DNA from: Candidatus Cloacimonadota bacterium
GTDB taxonomy: Bacteria > Cloacimonadota > Cloacimonadia > Cloacimonadales > TCS61
NCBI GenBank assembly: GCA_023137125.1
Contig: JAGLPW010000049.1
Coordinates: 204 to 64,203, forward strand
Direction: 5' to 3'
DNA length: 64,000 nt
Of the stretch, positions 30,936 through 40,725 are shown piece after piece. The notes under the pieces are model-generated. The model was not told where the DNA came from and made no database searches. It was given only the letters and a program-made list of their open reading frames with translations. Every line of letters begins with the position of its first letter. Positions within the stretch are counted from its first letter, which is position 1. Both the position numbers and the translations under genes were made by a program.

Positions 30936-31900
30936 TTTCATTTATTGTAATCGGTAGAAATGAAGAAAAACATCTAAATAAATGTTTATGGAGTATTCAT
31001 AATACCATTACCTGTAATAGTATAAAAAAATACGAAATAATATATGTAGATTCAAATTCTTCAGACAACAGCATAAAAATAGCAAATAGAATACCTCAGG
31101 TGAGAATATTTAAAATTACCGGATATTACAATGCTGCAATAGCAAGAAATATCGGAGCAAATGAATCATTGGGCGAGATACTGTATTTTATAGATGGGGA
31201 TATGGAAATTATTCCTGAATTCTTAAGGAATGTATTTGATGAAAAATTGAATTTAAAATATAATTTTGTATCAGGTCAATTAGAAGATCATATTTATGAT
31301 AATAATGATTGTTTAATAGGAAAAAAATTTCATTGTAAAAACGTATTACAAGAGGAACGTTTTTTAGCTGTAACTGGAGGTCTTTTTATAATAAAACGAG
31401 AGATATGGTTTTCAATTAGAGGGATGAATACAAAATTTAGAAGAAGCCAAGATCAAGATTTTGGTTTGCGTTTAGCAAAAAAAGGGATTTTGCTTTTAAG
31501 AAAAAAAGAACTTATGGCAATACATCACACGATAAATTATAATAGTAAATTAATATTGAAAGAAACTTTATTAAAAGGAGATAACTTGTATGGTAGAAGT
31601 GTATTATATCGGGATCACATTTTTAATAAATATATGTATAAAAGAATTCCCAAGAGCGACCCTACCATAATTATTCTATTACTATTAGCTACTTCTGCAA
31701 TTTTATTTCAAAAACCCATTCTTTTATCATTATACTTATTATCAATAATTATTGCACCTATTGTTAAATTTGGAAAAAATATATCATTGATTCTGTATAG
31801 AATACCATATCAAATAATTAGAGATATTAGTGTAATTTTTGCATTCATTTTTTATTATCCTAAATCTATCAAAAAATATCAATATAAGAAAATAAAATGA
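30932..31900 (+). CDS. family-2 glycosyltransferase
   Basis: Motifs ISFIVIGRNEEKHL, YVDSNSSDNS and FIDGDME, plus C-terminal TM helices. Confidence 0.8.
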   Translation: MISFIVIGRNEEKHLNKCLWSIHNTITCNSIKKYEIIYVDSNSSDNSIKIANRIPQVRIFKITGYYNAAIARNIGANESLGEILYFIDGDMEIIPEFLRNVFDEKLNLKYNFVSGQLEDHIYDNNDCLIGKKFHCKNVLQEERFLAVTGGLFIIKREIWFSIRGMNTKFRRSQDQDFGLRLAKKGILLLRKKELMAIHHTINYNSKLILKETLLKGDNLYGRSVLYRDHIFNKYMYKRIPKSDPTIIILLLLATSAILFQKPILLSLYLLSIIIAPIVKFGKNISLILYRIPYQIIRDISVIFAFIFYYPKSIKKYQYKKIK

Positions 31901-31971
31901 AAAAAATAAAATAACATTTTTTACATAAAATGATGTCACCATAATTTTGGGAGCTTACAATTTGACGTATA

Positions 31972-32148
31972 AATTCCTCATCAGTTCATGAAACTTTAAG
32001 GCAGGAAGAAGCAAAGAGTGTTTGGAACAGATTTGAATTTATATTTACTTTTAAATATAGAAGCTGGTCAAATTTTACAGAAACTGGATTAAATATTTTA
32101 CAAAATCAATATTTGAATCGTCGAGTTAGCGATTTTCATGAAGTGTAA
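31972..32148 (+). pseudogene. C-terminal remnant of an IS630/Tc1-mariner-family DDE transposase
   Basis: My translation of 31972-32148 is NSSSVHETLRQEEAKSVWNRFEFIFTFKYRSWSNFTETGLNILQNQYLNRRVSDFHEV*. The pattern F-x-FT-x3-SW-x-N-x2-E-x5-L-x2-Q-x-L-x-RR matches the conserved IS630 tail (..FHFTPTSSSWLNLVERFF..L..RQLRRG..). There is no upstream catalytic region and no start codon. Confidence 0.45.
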
Positions 32149-32331
32149 AATTATATAATGTATTGGTAAAATTACAGGAATTCTAAAAAAAACATAAGTT
32201 AAATGGTAATTTAGAATATTAAGTCTAAGAATTAAATTAAAATACGTTAACTGTTAGTTGAGTAATGTCTTGATACTAGAATTACTATAAGCTTTTATAT
32301 AATTATGAAAAAATAGGGAAAGGAACAATAT

Positions 32332-33387
32332 ATGAAAATATTAATTACGGGCTCTGCTGGTTTTATCGGTTATCATTTAATTAAAAAACTCATCAAAACT
32401 AATAATGTAATTATTGGTTTAGATAATATTAATGATTATTATGATTTAAGAGTTAAGTATGGTAGATTAGATTATTGTGGAATTAGAATACAAAATATTA
32501 AGCATAATGTTTTAATTGAAAGTGACAAACACGAAAATTATCATTTTATTAAATTGGATTTGACGGATCAGAAGAATTTGTATCAATTATTTAAAAAACA
32601 AAAGTTTGATGTGGTAGTAAATCTCGCAGCTCAAGCGGGCGTTCGCTATAGCATTACAAATCCTGATGCTTATTTGCAGAGCAACATAATAGGGTTCTAT
32701 TATATATTAGAAGCTTGTAGACAGAATAAAATTAAACATTTAATTTATGCTAGTAGCTCTAGTGTTTATGGCTGGAATGAGAAGATGCCATTTTCTACTT
32801 CTGATAATGTTGACCATCCCATAAGTTTGTATGCTGCCAGCAAAAAATCAAATGAGCTGTTAGCACATAGTTACAGTGCACTATATAATATCCCCTCTAC
32901 CGGTCTTCGTTTTTTTACTGTTTATGGTCCTTGGGGCAGACCGGATATGGCTCTCTTCTCATTTGTAAAAAACATAATTGAAGGTAAACCTATTGATGTA
33001 TATAATCATGGTAATATGATGCGTGACTTTACTTATATTGATGATATTATAGAAGGGATAAAAAGAGTCATTTCTATTCCACCTAAAGGAAATGAAAAAT
33101 GGTCGGGTGAAAATCCTGATCCTAGCTCTTCCAAAGCACCATATAAATTATATAATATTGGTAATAACTCTCCTGTTCGCTTGTTAGATTTTATTGAGGC
33201 GATTGAGAATAAATTGAATAAAAAAGCAGTTAAAAATATGATGCCTTTACAATCTGGAGATGTACCAGCTTCTCATGCTGATGTTGCTGATTTGATTAAA
33301 GATATTAATTACAAACCCAATACATCGATTAATGAAGGGATAGAAAAATTTATTGATTGGTATTTAAAGTTCTATGAAAAAAAATAG
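32332..33387 (+). CDS. NAD-dependent nucleotide-sugar epimerase (UDP-glucuronate 4-epimerase/CapI-like)
   Basis: Motifs ILITGSAGFIGYHL, NDYYDLRVKYGRL, YAASKKSNEL and RFFTVYGPWGRPDMA. Confidence 0.8.
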   Translation: MKILITGSAGFIGYHLIKKLIKTNNVIIGLDNINDYYDLRVKYGRLDYCGIRIQNIKHNVLIESDKHENYHFIKLDLTDQKNLYQLFKKQKFDVVVNLAAQAGVRYSITNPDAYLQSNIIGFYYILEACRQNKIKHLIYASSSSVYGWNEKMPFSTSDNVDHPISLYAASKKSNELLAHSYSALYNIPSTGLRFFTVYGPWGRPDMALFSFVKNIIEGKPIDVYNHGNMMRDFTYIDDIIEGIKRVISIPPKGNEKWSGENPDPSSSKAPYKLYNIGNNSPVRLLDFIEAIENKLNKKAVKNMMPLQSGDVPASHADVADLIKDINYKPNTSINEGIEKFIDWYLKFYEKK

Positions 33388-34474
33388 AAAGCCTAAAATT
33401 GCAATAATAGGAGTGAAGGGATTACCAGCTTCTGGTGGAGCTGCAAGAGCCTGGGAAAATTTAATTTCTGTATTAAAAGATGATTTTGAATTCACAGTTT
33501 ATGCAATAAGTTCACATACTTCAAATACATACAAAAATGATGGTTTTAATCAAATTGTTTTTAATAGTGTTTCTAATAATGCACTTAATTCATTGCAATA
33601 TTTACTTAAATCTATGTGCCATTGCTTGTTTTTAAGAAATTTCGATTTAGTTGTTACTAATCATGTTTCAAGTTCATTTATTATTCCTTTTTTGAGATTA
33701 AAATATAAGGTTTTAGCTCGTGCTGGAGGTTTATCTCACCTTGATACAAAATGGTCAAAATTTTCAAGACTGATTTTTAAAAACATGATGGGTGTTTTTG
33801 TGAAGTTTTCTTCAGAAGTAGTATGTGTTTCGAAAGAACAAGCAGATTATTTACAAAGAAGTTATTCTAAGAAAATATTTTCTATTCCTAATGGCGTTGT
33901 AATTAATGAAATAATGCTTTCAAAAAAAGATAATAAAAACTATATATTATTTTCAGCTGCAAGAATAGTAGAAATAAAAGGTCTTCATATTCTTTTAAAG
34001 GCAATAAAGAAAATAAAATATTCAGGCAGATTAGTTATAGTGGGTAACTTAGACCATTGTTCAAAATATAAAGAAACAATTAGGAGGTTATCCATAGGTA
34101 TAAATGTTGAATTTACCGGAATTATTAAAGAAAAAAAAAAATTGTATGAAATTATTTCTAATTCCAGTTTATTTATATTTCCTTCTCAAACAGAAGCGAT
34201 GTCAAATATGCTTCTTGAAGTAGCTTCGTTAAAAACTCCAATTATTGCGAGTGATATAAACGATAATAAAACAATCTTTACTGAAAATGAAGTGCTATTT
34301 TTTAGGGTAGATGATGTTAACTCATTGTCTGGGAAAATAGATTATGCATTATCAAATAAAAAAGAAATGCTAGTAAAAGCTGAAAATGCATTTAATAAAA
34401 TTAAAAGCGAATATGACATAAATAGTACTTCGATGATATATAAAAAATTAATTGGCAGTCTATTATCATTTTAA
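33374..34474 (+). CDS. family-4 (GT-B) glycosyltransferase
   Basis: The C-terminal segment FPSQTEAMSNMLLEVASLKTPIIASD resembles the GT4 EX7E region. Contains an A11 tract at 34131-34141. Confidence 0.78.
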   Translation: MKKNRKPKIAIIGVKGLPASGGAARAWENLISVLKDDFEFTVYAISSHTSNTYKNDGFNQIVFNSVSNNALNSLQYLLKSMCHCLFLRNFDLVVTNHVSSSFIIPFLRLKYKVLARAGGLSHLDTKWSKFSRLIFKNMMGVFVKFSSEVVCVSKEQADYLQRSYSKKIFSIPNGVVINEIMLSKKDNKNYILFSAARIVEIKGLHILLKAIKKIKYSGRLVIVGNLDHCSKYKETIRRLSIGINVEFTGIIKEKKKLYEIISNSSLFIFPSQTEAMSNMLLEVASLKTPIIASDINDNKTIFTENEVLFFRVDDVNSLSGKIDYALSNKKEMLVKAENAFNKIKSEYDINSTSMIYKKLIGSLLSF

Positions 34475-34508
34475 TGAAAAAAAAAATACCAAAAATGTAT
34501 AGGAAATA

Positions 34509-34997
34509 ATGAATATTATGAAAAAGAAAATAAAAGTGGGTTCGATGTTGAAGGTAAAGATTACGAAAAGAGCATTTCGTAATTTGATTTGTTTTTCAGC
34601 TTGGTTTGCACCTTGGAAAGGCTTAAGAAAATTTTTCCATAAGTTACGAGGTACAAAAATTGGTAAGAAAGTAGAAATAGGTTATTATGTTTTTATTGAT
34701 AACAGATATCCAGAAATGATTGAAATACAAGACAGAGCAACAGTAACTTCTAATTGTACAATTTTAGCACATGATCTATCAATGAGATATATTGATAATA
34801 CTGAAACAGTTGGAGAAGTAGTTATCGGGAAAGGGGCTTTTATTGGTATGAATACAATAATATTGCCCGGTGTTGTAATTGGGGAGAATTGTATTATCGG
34901 TTGTGGCTCTGTTGTTACAAAAGATACCGAACCAAATTCTATTTATGTAGGTGTACCAGCAAAATTAATAAAAAGGTTATCTCCTCAAAAACAATAA
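34509..34997 (+). CDS. hexapeptide-repeat acetyltransferase (WcaF/LacA-like)
   Basis: Motif IGKGAFIGMNTIILPGVVIGENCIIGCGSVVTKDTEPNSIYVGVPAK. Confidence 0.8.
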   Translation: MNIMKKKIKVGSMLKVKITKRAFRNLICFSAWFAPWKGLRKFFHKLRGTKIGKKVEIGYYVFIDNRYPEMIEIQDRATVTSNCTILAHDLSMRYIDNTETVGEVVIGKGAFIGMNTIILPGVVIGENCIIGCGSVVTKDTEPNSIYVGVPAKLIKRLSPQKQ

Positions 34998-36551
34998 ATG
35001 AAACGTTCTAAACTCACTTTCCTTATTTTTGACATTCTCTTCATTACAATCGCCTTTCTCTATATGATCTATCTCAAACCGGCATCTTTGCGAATATATT
35101 TGCCGCAATACATCAAACCATTCATAGGTTTTGCAGTAGTCTGGTTAATAGCTTCCCTACTAGGTGATAAATACAACATCAGCAAATTCAATAAACTCAT
35201 TAACCTGCTTTATGCCATTATTCGGGTGGATTTCATTGTGGTGGGCATTGTTCTGGTTGCCATGTATTTTTTCGGTCGTTTTGAATATTCCCGCCTTATT
35301 GTATTTGGAACAATTCTTCTTTCCGGTGCGTTGGAGATCCTCTTTGCTGCCTTTTATTTCCTAAGGAAGAAAAACAAGTACGGTCTTGATGATCCAACTA
35401 CATTTTCCCTCAAACCCCGCTATGTCTTCCCGCACTTTTCTCATGATGAGAATGACTTTCCAATTCCTAAGAAGCTAAAAGAAGTTCAAGATAGTATTGA
35501 GCATAAGCTGGGAACGAAATATCTCGCAACTCAGTATGATGTTTTTGAATTTTTAAATAGTCAAATCCCTCTGACCTCTCTTCATAATAGTGAGTCTCTT
35601 GTTCTTAATACGCACACGTTGTACAATTTGGAAATCGCAGAATCTCAGTCTCAGGAATTTTTCTTGAATTTGCATCAGATCAATGATTTCCGCAGGTTGA
35701 ATCAATATTTTAAACAGGTGAATAAGAATTTGAAATTTGGCGGCTTTTTTGTAGGTTGTGCACGTTCAATACATGTACGGTATAATTATCTCTTTCATAA
35801 ATACCCCTATCCTCTCGCAGCCCTTCTTCATACAACAGAGTCTTTTGTTCATCGGATTCTTCCCAAACTTCCTATCTTCAAGGTCTTCTATTTTGCTGTT
35901 ACTAAAGGTAGGAACAGAACGCTGTCCAAAGCTGAAACTCTGGGCAGATTGCAATATTGCGGGTTCAAAGTGTTAGCAGTAAAAGAAATTGATGATAAAC
36001 TATATTTTATCACACGCAAGGTCGGTGTCCCCAGTGATGATACCGATCCCTCTTTTGGTCCTTTTATAAAATTGAAGCGAATTGGTAAAGATAGTGAGAT
36101 TCTTTATATTTATAAATTTCGAACCATGCATGCTTATTCAGAATATCTACAGAAATATATTTTTGATAACTATGGTGGAACAATTGATGGTGATGGATTT
36201 CAAAACGATTTCAGAATTACAAGTTGGGGAAAAGTTTTTCGTAAATTATGGATCGATGAGCTGCCGCAGCTTCTTAATTGGTTGCGTGGAGATATCTCTT
36301 TAGTGGGAGTACGAGCATTAAGTGAGCATAAGTTTAGTTTGTATTCGGAAGAGATGCAGAAGTTGCGTATACAATTCAAACCTGGCATAGTTCCACCTTT
36401 CTATGTAGATCTTCCCAAAAATCTAGATGAACTCCAACAATCAGAAAGAAAATATTTAGAAAAGTATCAAAAACGACCGATAAGAACTCAATTTGAATAC
36501 TTCTTTAAAGCTTGGTGGAATATTCTGGTAAGAGGAGTAAGGAGCAAATAA
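34998..36551 (+). CDS. polyprenyl-phosphate sugar-phosphate transferase (bacterial sugar transferase family), initiating enzyme
   Basis: The C-terminal catalytic domain has YKFRTM, WGKVFRKLWIDELPQLLNWLRGDISLVGVR. There are four N-terminal TM helices and an unusual soluble central domain of about 220 aa. Confidence 0.8.
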   Translation: MKRSKLTFLIFDILFITIAFLYMIYLKPASLRIYLPQYIKPFIGFAVVWLIASLLGDKYNISKFNKLINLLYAIIRVDFIVVGIVLVAMYFFGRFEYSRLIVFGTILLSGALEILFAAFYFLRKKNKYGLDDPTTFSLKPRYVFPHFSHDENDFPIPKKLKEVQDSIEHKLGTKYLATQYDVFEFLNSQIPLTSLHNSESLVLNTHTLYNLEIAESQSQEFFLNLHQINDFRRLNQYFKQVNKNLKFGGFFVGCARSIHVRYNYLFHKYPYPLAALLHTTESFVHRILPKLPIFKVFYFAVTKGRNRTLSKAETLGRLQYCGFKVLAVKEIDDKLYFITRKVGVPSDDTDPSFGPFIKLKRIGKDSEILYIYKFRTMHAYSEYLQKYIFDNYGGTIDGDGFQNDFRITSWGKVFRKLWIDELPQLLNWLRGDISLVGVRALSEHKFSLYSEEMQKLRIQFKPGIVPPFYVDLPKNLDELQQSERKYLEKYQKRPIRTQFEYFFKAWWNILVRGVRSK

Positions 36552-36559
36552 TTTACTGT

Positions 36560-36583
36560 AGAGTCAATTCAAGAATTGACTCT
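36560..36583 (+). terminator. perfect 10-bp hairpin after the sugar transferase gene
   Basis: AGAGTCAATT-caag-AATTGACTCT lies 9 nt after the stop codon. The T-tail is weak. Confidence 0.4.
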
Positions 36584-36700
36584 TAAACTATCACCCTCCT
36601 CAACTTTGATTCCATCAATTATCATTTCGACTTTAATTGAGAGATCTCACAAAACTTTAAATAATAGTAAGATCAAATAAAATAAAAAAGAGGAAATAAC

Positions 36701-38239
36701 ATGCAAAATTTTTCTTTAGCACCAGATGGAACAGAATATATCCTTCCAAATGAAGAACAAAGTAAAATTGAACGAGAAGAGATTCTCAGGATAACAGAAG
36801 AACAGAAAAAACTCGGACGTAAAATTGTAACTGTACAAGGATTGGGTTTTGTCGGTTGTGTGATGGCAGTTGTCATTGCCGATGCGGTTGATGAAAATGG
36901 TGAACCGATCTATTATGTGCATGGACACCAGAGACCTTCCAAACGTTCATTCTGGAAAGTACCTGTGATCAATACCGGGATCCCACCGGTGAATTCTTCC
37001 GATAAGGAAGTCCCGGAACTATTTGAAAGATGTGTAAACCAGAAGAAGAATTTCAGGGCAACCTGGCACGATGTAGCTTATGAAGTTGCCGATGTTGTGG
37101 TGGTCGATATTCAGCTGGATGCCACTAAACCTGCCTTTGGAGAAGCAGAAAAGGGATATTGCGATATAACTCATTTCAGAGACGGAATGAGAACTCTGGG
37201 ACAGCATATCAAACCTGATTGTCTTATCTTAGTTGAAACAACTGTTCCTCCGGGAACCTGTCAAAAGATTGTAAAGCCGATCATTGAAGAAGAATTTATA
37301 AAGCGCGGGATAAATATTAAGAAAAATCCGGCTCTGGTGGCTCATTCTTATGAACGGGTCATGCCGGGAGCTAAATATGTCAGTTCCATTCGTGATTTCT
37401 GGAGAGTATTTTCCGGTGTGAATGAACAAAGTAAAACGTTGGCTCGTGAATTCTTGAGCAATGTGCTGAATGTGGAGAACTTCCCCTTAACCGAACTGGA
37501 TAACACCAACGCTTCTGAGATGGCTAAAGTGATGGAAAATTCCTACCGGGCTACTAATATTGCCCTGACTCTGGAATGGGCCAGATTTGCTGAAAAGGTG
37601 GATGTAGATATTTTTAAAGTTCGAGATGCGATCCGCAAAAGAAAAGGAACACACGATAATCTGCTCCGACCCAGCCTGGGAGTCGGTGGGTATTGCCTCA
37701 CTAAAGATCCCGTACTGGCTAACTGGTCGATGAAGGATGTTTTTGAAATTGACGATACATTATCCGTAGCGGTCAATTCGGTAAATATCAATGATACAAT
37801 GCCGACCCATACAGTAGATCTTATAAAAGAAGAGATTCCTGAACTGCGTGATGTTAATATTACAGTACTGGGTGTTTCTTATCTGGAAGATGTAGGTGAT
37901 ACAAGACATTCTCCCTCTTTTACACTTGTAAGGTTACTGAGGGAGAACTGGGCAGAGGTTATCTGTCATGATGTCTATGTAGAGTTCTGGGCAGAACTGG
38001 AAACTGAAGAGGTTCATAATGATCTTGATACAGTATTAAAGGGTGCAGAAGTGGTTATCCTGGCAGTCGGTCATTCAGCTTACAAAGATATCGAACCTGC
38101 TGATCTTGTGAAAAAATGCGGAACCAAACCACTTATTATTGATTGTTCAAACTTCTTGAGCGATGAGAAGATTAAACAATACAAAAACCTGGGCTGTAAA
38201 ATGAAAGGTGTTGGCAAGGGTCATATTGAGAATTTGTAA
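36701..38239 (+). CDS. nucleotide-sugar dehydrogenase, long form (UDP-glucose/GDP-mannose dehydrogenase family)
   Basis: GLGFVGCVMAV Rossmann motif and catalytic-Cys context GVGGYCLTKD. 512 aa, with an N-terminal extension of about 35 aa. Confidence 0.78.
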   Translation: MQNFSLAPDGTEYILPNEEQSKIEREEILRITEEQKKLGRKIVTVQGLGFVGCVMAVVIADAVDENGEPIYYVHGHQRPSKRSFWKVPVINTGIPPVNSSDKEVPELFERCVNQKKNFRATWHDVAYEVADVVVVDIQLDATKPAFGEAEKGYCDITHFRDGMRTLGQHIKPDCLILVETTVPPGTCQKIVKPIIEEEFIKRGINIKKNPALVAHSYERVMPGAKYVSSIRDFWRVFSGVNEQSKTLAREFLSNVLNVENFPLTELDNTNASEMAKVMENSYRATNIALTLEWARFAEKVDVDIFKVRDAIRKRKGTHDNLLRPSLGVGGYCLTKDPVLANWSMKDVFEIDDTLSVAVNSVNINDTMPTHTVDLIKEEIPELRDVNITVLGVSYLEDVGDTRHSPSFTLVRLLRENWAEVICHDVYVEFWAELETEEVHNDLDTVLKGAEVVILAVGHSAYKDIEPADLVKKCGTKPLIIDCSNFLSDEKIKQYKNLGCKMKGVGKGHIENL

Positions 38240-38357
38240 GATCTTGTAAGAAAGTAATATATTTTCGGTGCAGAATACTTATTTATAGATGTATCTCGCA
38301 CTCTGTTCTTTAAAATAGGATAAGTACTAAAACATTAAATTTTTATAGAGGTATCAA

Positions 38358-39683
38358 ATGAAATTAACGGTTATTGGAACAGGCTATGTCGGTCTGGTCA
38401 GCGGTACCTGTTTTGCGGAAATGGGTAATGATGTTATCTGTGTGGATAACAATAAAGATAAGATCGATGGATTGAACAGTGGAAAGATCCCCATCTGGGA
38501 ACCGGGTCTGGAAGAGATGGTTCATCGTAATGCAGAAGGTGGGAGATTGACCTTTACCACCAATATCAAAGATGCAGTAGAAAATAGTGATATCTGCTTT
38601 ATCGCTGTGGGAACTCCACCGGACGAGGATGGTTCTGCTGATCTGCAGTATGTTCTGGCTGTAGCCAGAGATATCGCTAAATATATGAATGGTTACAAGG
38701 TGCTCATTGATAAATCTACCGTACCGGTCGGGACAGCCGATAAGGTAAAGGCAACTGTTCAGAAAATTCTGGATGAACGCGGGGTGAAATATAAGTTCGA
38801 TGTTGTCTCCAATCCGGAGTTCTTAAAAGAGGGAGATGCGATCAACGATTCCATGAAGCCCGACAGGGTCGTGGTGGGAACAGATTCGGAAGAGTGTGCA
38901 GAACTTATGCGTGAATTGTATACTCCCTTTGCCCGCAGCCATGAGAAGCTGATCATCATGTCGGTTCGTTCAGCCGAAATGACCAAATACACCGCCAATG
39001 CTATGCTGGCCACCAAGATCTCCTTTATGAACGATATTGCCAACCTTTGTGAGTTAACCGGTGCCGATATCAATGAGGTGCGTCACGGGATCGGTTCGGA
39101 TTCGAGAATAGGATACAAGTTCATCTATCCCGGAGTCGGTTATGGGGGTAGCTGTTTTCCTAAAGATGTAAAGGCGTTAATCAAAATGGCGAACAAGATC
39201 GGTACCGAGACCAGAGTTCTGCAGGCTGTGGAAGATGTGAATAATGATCAGAAGAGCATACTTGTATATAAAGTGCTGGACCACTTTGGTGAAGATCTCT
39301 CCGAGCTTACTTTTGCAGTATGGGGACTATCCTTCAAACCAAAGACGGACGATATGCGGGAGGCTCCGGCTATCACTATTATTGAGGGTCTGATAGAAGC
39401 CGGTGCTGTTGTACAGGCCTATGATCCGGTGGCCATGGATGAAGCAAACAGAGTTTTCGGAGATAATCCCAAGATCAAATACACACATGGCAACTACGAT
39501 GCCCTCAAGGGTGCTGATGCTCTATTGCTTATAACAGAATGGAACCAGTTCCGCTATCCCGATTTTGATAAGATGAAGAATTTACTTAAAACCCCCGTCA
39601 TCTTCGATGGGCGTAATCAGTATAATCCCAAAGAGCTGAAAGAGAAGGGATTTACCTATTACGGAATAGGCCGACAGGTTTGA
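38358..39683 (+). CDS. ugd: UDP-glucose 6-dehydrogenase
   Basis: Motifs [24 protein letters not shown] and [10 protein letters not shown]. Confidence 0.92.
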   Translation: MKLTVIGTGYVGLVSGTCFAEMGNDVICVDNNKDKIDGLNSGKIPIWEPGLEEMVHRNAEGGRLTFTTNIKDAVENSDICFIAVGTPPDEDGSADLQYVLAVARDIAKYMNGYKVLIDKSTVPVGTADKVKATVQKILDERGVKYKFDVVSNPEFLKEGDAINDSMKPDRVVVGTDSEECAELMRELYTPFARSHEKLIIMSVRSAEMTKYTANAMLATKISFMNDIANLCELTGADINEVRHGIGSDSRIGYKFIYPGVGYGGSCFPKDVKALIKMANKIGTETRVLQAVEDVNNDQKSILVYKVLDHFGEDLSELTFAVWGLSFKPKTDDMREAPAITIIEGLIEAGAVVQAYDPVAMDEANRVFGDNPKIKYTHGNYDALKGADALLLITEWNQFRYPDFDKMKNLLKTPVIFDGRNQYNPKELKEKGFTYYGIGRQV

Positions 39684-39783
39684 TCGCAGATCTTATGCTG
39701 AGCCCTTTCTCCTATAACTACTTATAATAATAGTATAAGAGCTTGCTGAATTTCCGATATTTTTTTTTCAGGTCTTTATTATA

Positions 39784-40524
39784 TCAATCCCAGTACCAGT
39801 CGGAATAGTCATCCGGATCCCAGCCGTAATTGTAGTCTGAATCGTACTCGAACCTTTCGGCACAAAAATACCTGTAAAATCCCTCTTCGCGATTCAGGCG
39901 GTCACGCAATTGGGCACAGCGGTCGTAACTCTGCTTCAGGCTGAATCCGTAGAAGGTAGCATAAACCTTATCCGTAACACTGTCAACCAGGTCGTAAGAA
40001 CCGGGATCGGTATAGCTGTAACGGTGCAGGTGGTTGTGATAAACGAAATAGGGATACCCATTAAAGAAGTAAAAGCCATTATCGAAAACAAAATAATAAC
40101 GGATCCAGATGCCGCGATAGATGTAGCGCGGAGGAATGGTATAGTGATATTTGATCGGTTTGTGGTAAAACACATTCTGGGTGAAATCCTTTTTTGTATA
40201 TGGTTTGTGTTTGGTTCTCTTCACTTTCTGTAATTTGCTTTTGTTGATCTTGGTGGTTGTAGTCTGAGCTGGTTTGTTGTAGTTGTAATTAGAGATATTA
40301 CGGGGTTTCTTTGACACTTTTTTTGGTTTTGTCCGGATCATCTCTTGCTTTTCTTTTTTCTGTACTTCCTTCATTTTTGGCTGTTCGGTCTTTTTCTCTA
40401 CCTCTTTAATTTTCTTTTCCTCTACTTCTGTTTCATTCTCCTCTATTTTCTTAAGTTGCTGAGCAAAGGAATTAGTTGTAAAAGTTACAATAATGAGCAG
40501 GATGAGTATAAAAGTTTTTTTCAT
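39784..40524 (-). CDS. secreted protein with Lys/Glu-rich N-terminal half and Tyr/Trp/Asp-rich C-terminal half, hypothetical
   Basis: I set the start at the ATG preceded by GGAGGCC (signal peptide MKKTFILILLIIVTFTTNSFAQ); the track start at 40581 adds unlikely residues. It is the only minus-strand gene in the glycan region. Confidence 0.55.
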   Translation of the reverse strand: MKKTFILILLIIVTFTTNSFAQQLKKIEENETEVEEKKIKEVEKKTEQPKMKEVQKKEKQEMIRTKPKKVSKKPRNISNYNYNKPAQTTTTKINKSKLQKVKRTKHKPYTKKDFTQNVFYHKPIKYHYTIPPRYIYRGIWIRYYFVFDNGFYFFNGYPYFVYHNHLHRYSYTDPGSYDLVDSVTDKVYATFYGFSLKQSYDRCAQLRDRLNREEGFYRYFCAERFEYDSDYNYGWDPDDYSDWYWD

Positions 40525-40626
40525 TTTGGCCTCCTTTAAAACAAAATTACAGGGTAAATAAAAAAAATATTTTTGGAACACGTTTTTATCACTTCAATTA
40601 ATTCAACTCAGCTATAAGAAGGCTGT

Positions 40627-40725
40627 AAAATATGTCAATATTCTTTTTTGAGCAGAAAGCTTACAAAGCAAATTCCACTAAACAGTGTGATAAGATTAAT
40701 TTTTTTAAGGGAAGGGGGATAGATA
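40627..40725 (+). promoter_or_regulatory. conserved ~99-nt leader, copy A (upstream of SDR gene 40726)
   Basis: Shares its first 22 nt exactly (AAAATATGTCAATATTCTTTTT) with 43234-43332, plus CTTACA, ATTAATTTTTT and GGGGGATA-ATAATG blocks. Both copies are 99 nt. Confidence 0.55.

Noticed and set aside
39910-40233. 107-aa plus-strand ORF and 79-aa minus-strand ORF overlapping the secreted-protein gene
   Set aside because: Neither has an RBS, and both lie entirely inside a longer ORF that has a signal peptide and a GGAGG RBS.
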